A stretch of DNA of 64,000 nucleotides, from positions 23,227-87,226 of the forward strand of contig JAZSMD010000067.1 in the NCBI GenBank assembly GCA_045535665.1, written 5' to 3'. The DNA comes from Eubacteriales bacterium. GTDB taxonomy: Bacteria; Bacillota; Clostridia; Oscillospirales; UBA644. Position 1 is the stretch's first letter. Each line of letters begins with the position of its first letter. Position numbers and translations under genes: made by a program. Under the pieces are notes generated by a model that saw nothing but the letters and a program-made list of their open reading frames with translations, did not search any database and was not told the origin of the DNA. This document shows, piece by piece, positions 63,830-64,000 of this stretch.

Positions 63830-64000
63830 ATGACTGATAAAAAATCATTCGGTTCATTCATAAAAATAAAACGCACCGAGAAAAACTATTCACAAAAAGA
63901 TTTGGCAGAACTGTTGTTTGTTACCGAGGGCGCTGTAAGTAAATGGGAGCGAGGTGTGTCCTATCCCGACATCACTTTGATTTCTGATATTTGCCGTGTA
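63830..64000 (+). CDS. XRE-family helix-turn-helix transcriptional regulator, 5' fragment (runs off window)
   Basis: The translation MTDKKSFGSFIKIKRTEKNYSQKDLAELLFVTEGAVSKWERGVSYPDITLISDICRV is a classic HTH_3 pattern (SQxxLAxxLxVSxxxVSxWExG). Confidence 0.8.
   Translation, partial: MTDKKSFGSFIKIKRTEKNYSQKDLAELLFVTEGAVSKWERGVSYPDITLISDICRV

Noticed and set aside
1-64000. Scan for CRISPR arrays, IS elements, transposases, integrases, toxin-antitoxin pairs and known defence gene signatures
   Set aside because: I found no regularly spaced direct repeats. No ORF carries transposase, integrase or recombinase motifs (DDE, R-H-R-Y, or a serine recombinase N-terminus). No small adjacent TA-like gene pairs were found. 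The only mobility-related signals are the tRNA-Ser 3'-end duplication and the possible target duplication around repeat copy B, both reported as findings.

Overview
This is a 64-kb chromosomal segment from a low-GC, spore-forming Firmicute. I infer class Clostridia from the ytfI-ytfJ, scpAB and ctsR-mcsA-mcsB-clpC context and from a THF riboswitch resembling the Ruminococcaceae/Oscillospiraceae type. All product calls come from motifs read by eye in the supplied translations. No database search was run.

The left ~34 kb is mostly housekeeping:
- two tandem PHP phosphatases, an AsnC regulator, an aminotransferase, ispE, alaS and a HIT protein
- a CofE-like protein and a 1422-aa Big_2/GHL10/amidase_3 surface lipoprotein
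- a THF-riboswitch-controlled FolT-like gene and an SSF-like transporter
- a LysM-M14 peptidase, ytfJ/ytfI, scpB/scpA and two M50 paralogues
- a metallophosphoesterase, recD2, comFC and a GH5 lipoprotein
- the ctsR-mcsA-mcsB-clpC operon with a textbook CtsR box
- a Cd/Zn-type P1B ATPase with an HMA chaperone, divergent from an ArsR regulator

The right ~30 kb is a carbohydrate-active-enzyme-rich region:
- a threonine-aldolase-like gene, two alpha-galactosidase-like TIM-barrel proteins and two tandem GH92-like genes
- NanA-like lyase, GH127-like, SGNH esterase, GNAT and HAD genes
- an orphan solute-binding lipoprotein and an orphan FtsX-type permease
- a putative glycan-active lipoprotein and nadE
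- three tandem CE7-type esterases and a Gfo/Idh/MocA oxidoreductase

The window ends with tRNA-Ser(GCU) and the start of an XRE regulator. I saw no transposase, integrase, CRISPR array, rRNA or recognisable defence system.

I did not find a clear novel multi-gene system. The observations most worth follow-up are:
1. A conserved hairpin-plus-tail intergenic repeat family with compensatory stem changes.
2. A THF-riboswitch operon encoding a FolT with a ~180-aa internal insertion plus an unknown membrane-anchored protein.
3. A CE7 esterase triplet in which two members are exported lipoproteins with ~380-aa N-terminal extensions.
4. An ArsR-family gene apparently heading a five-gene glycosidase operon.
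5. A 38-bp duplication of the tRNA-Ser 3' end bracketing a GC-rich structured segment.
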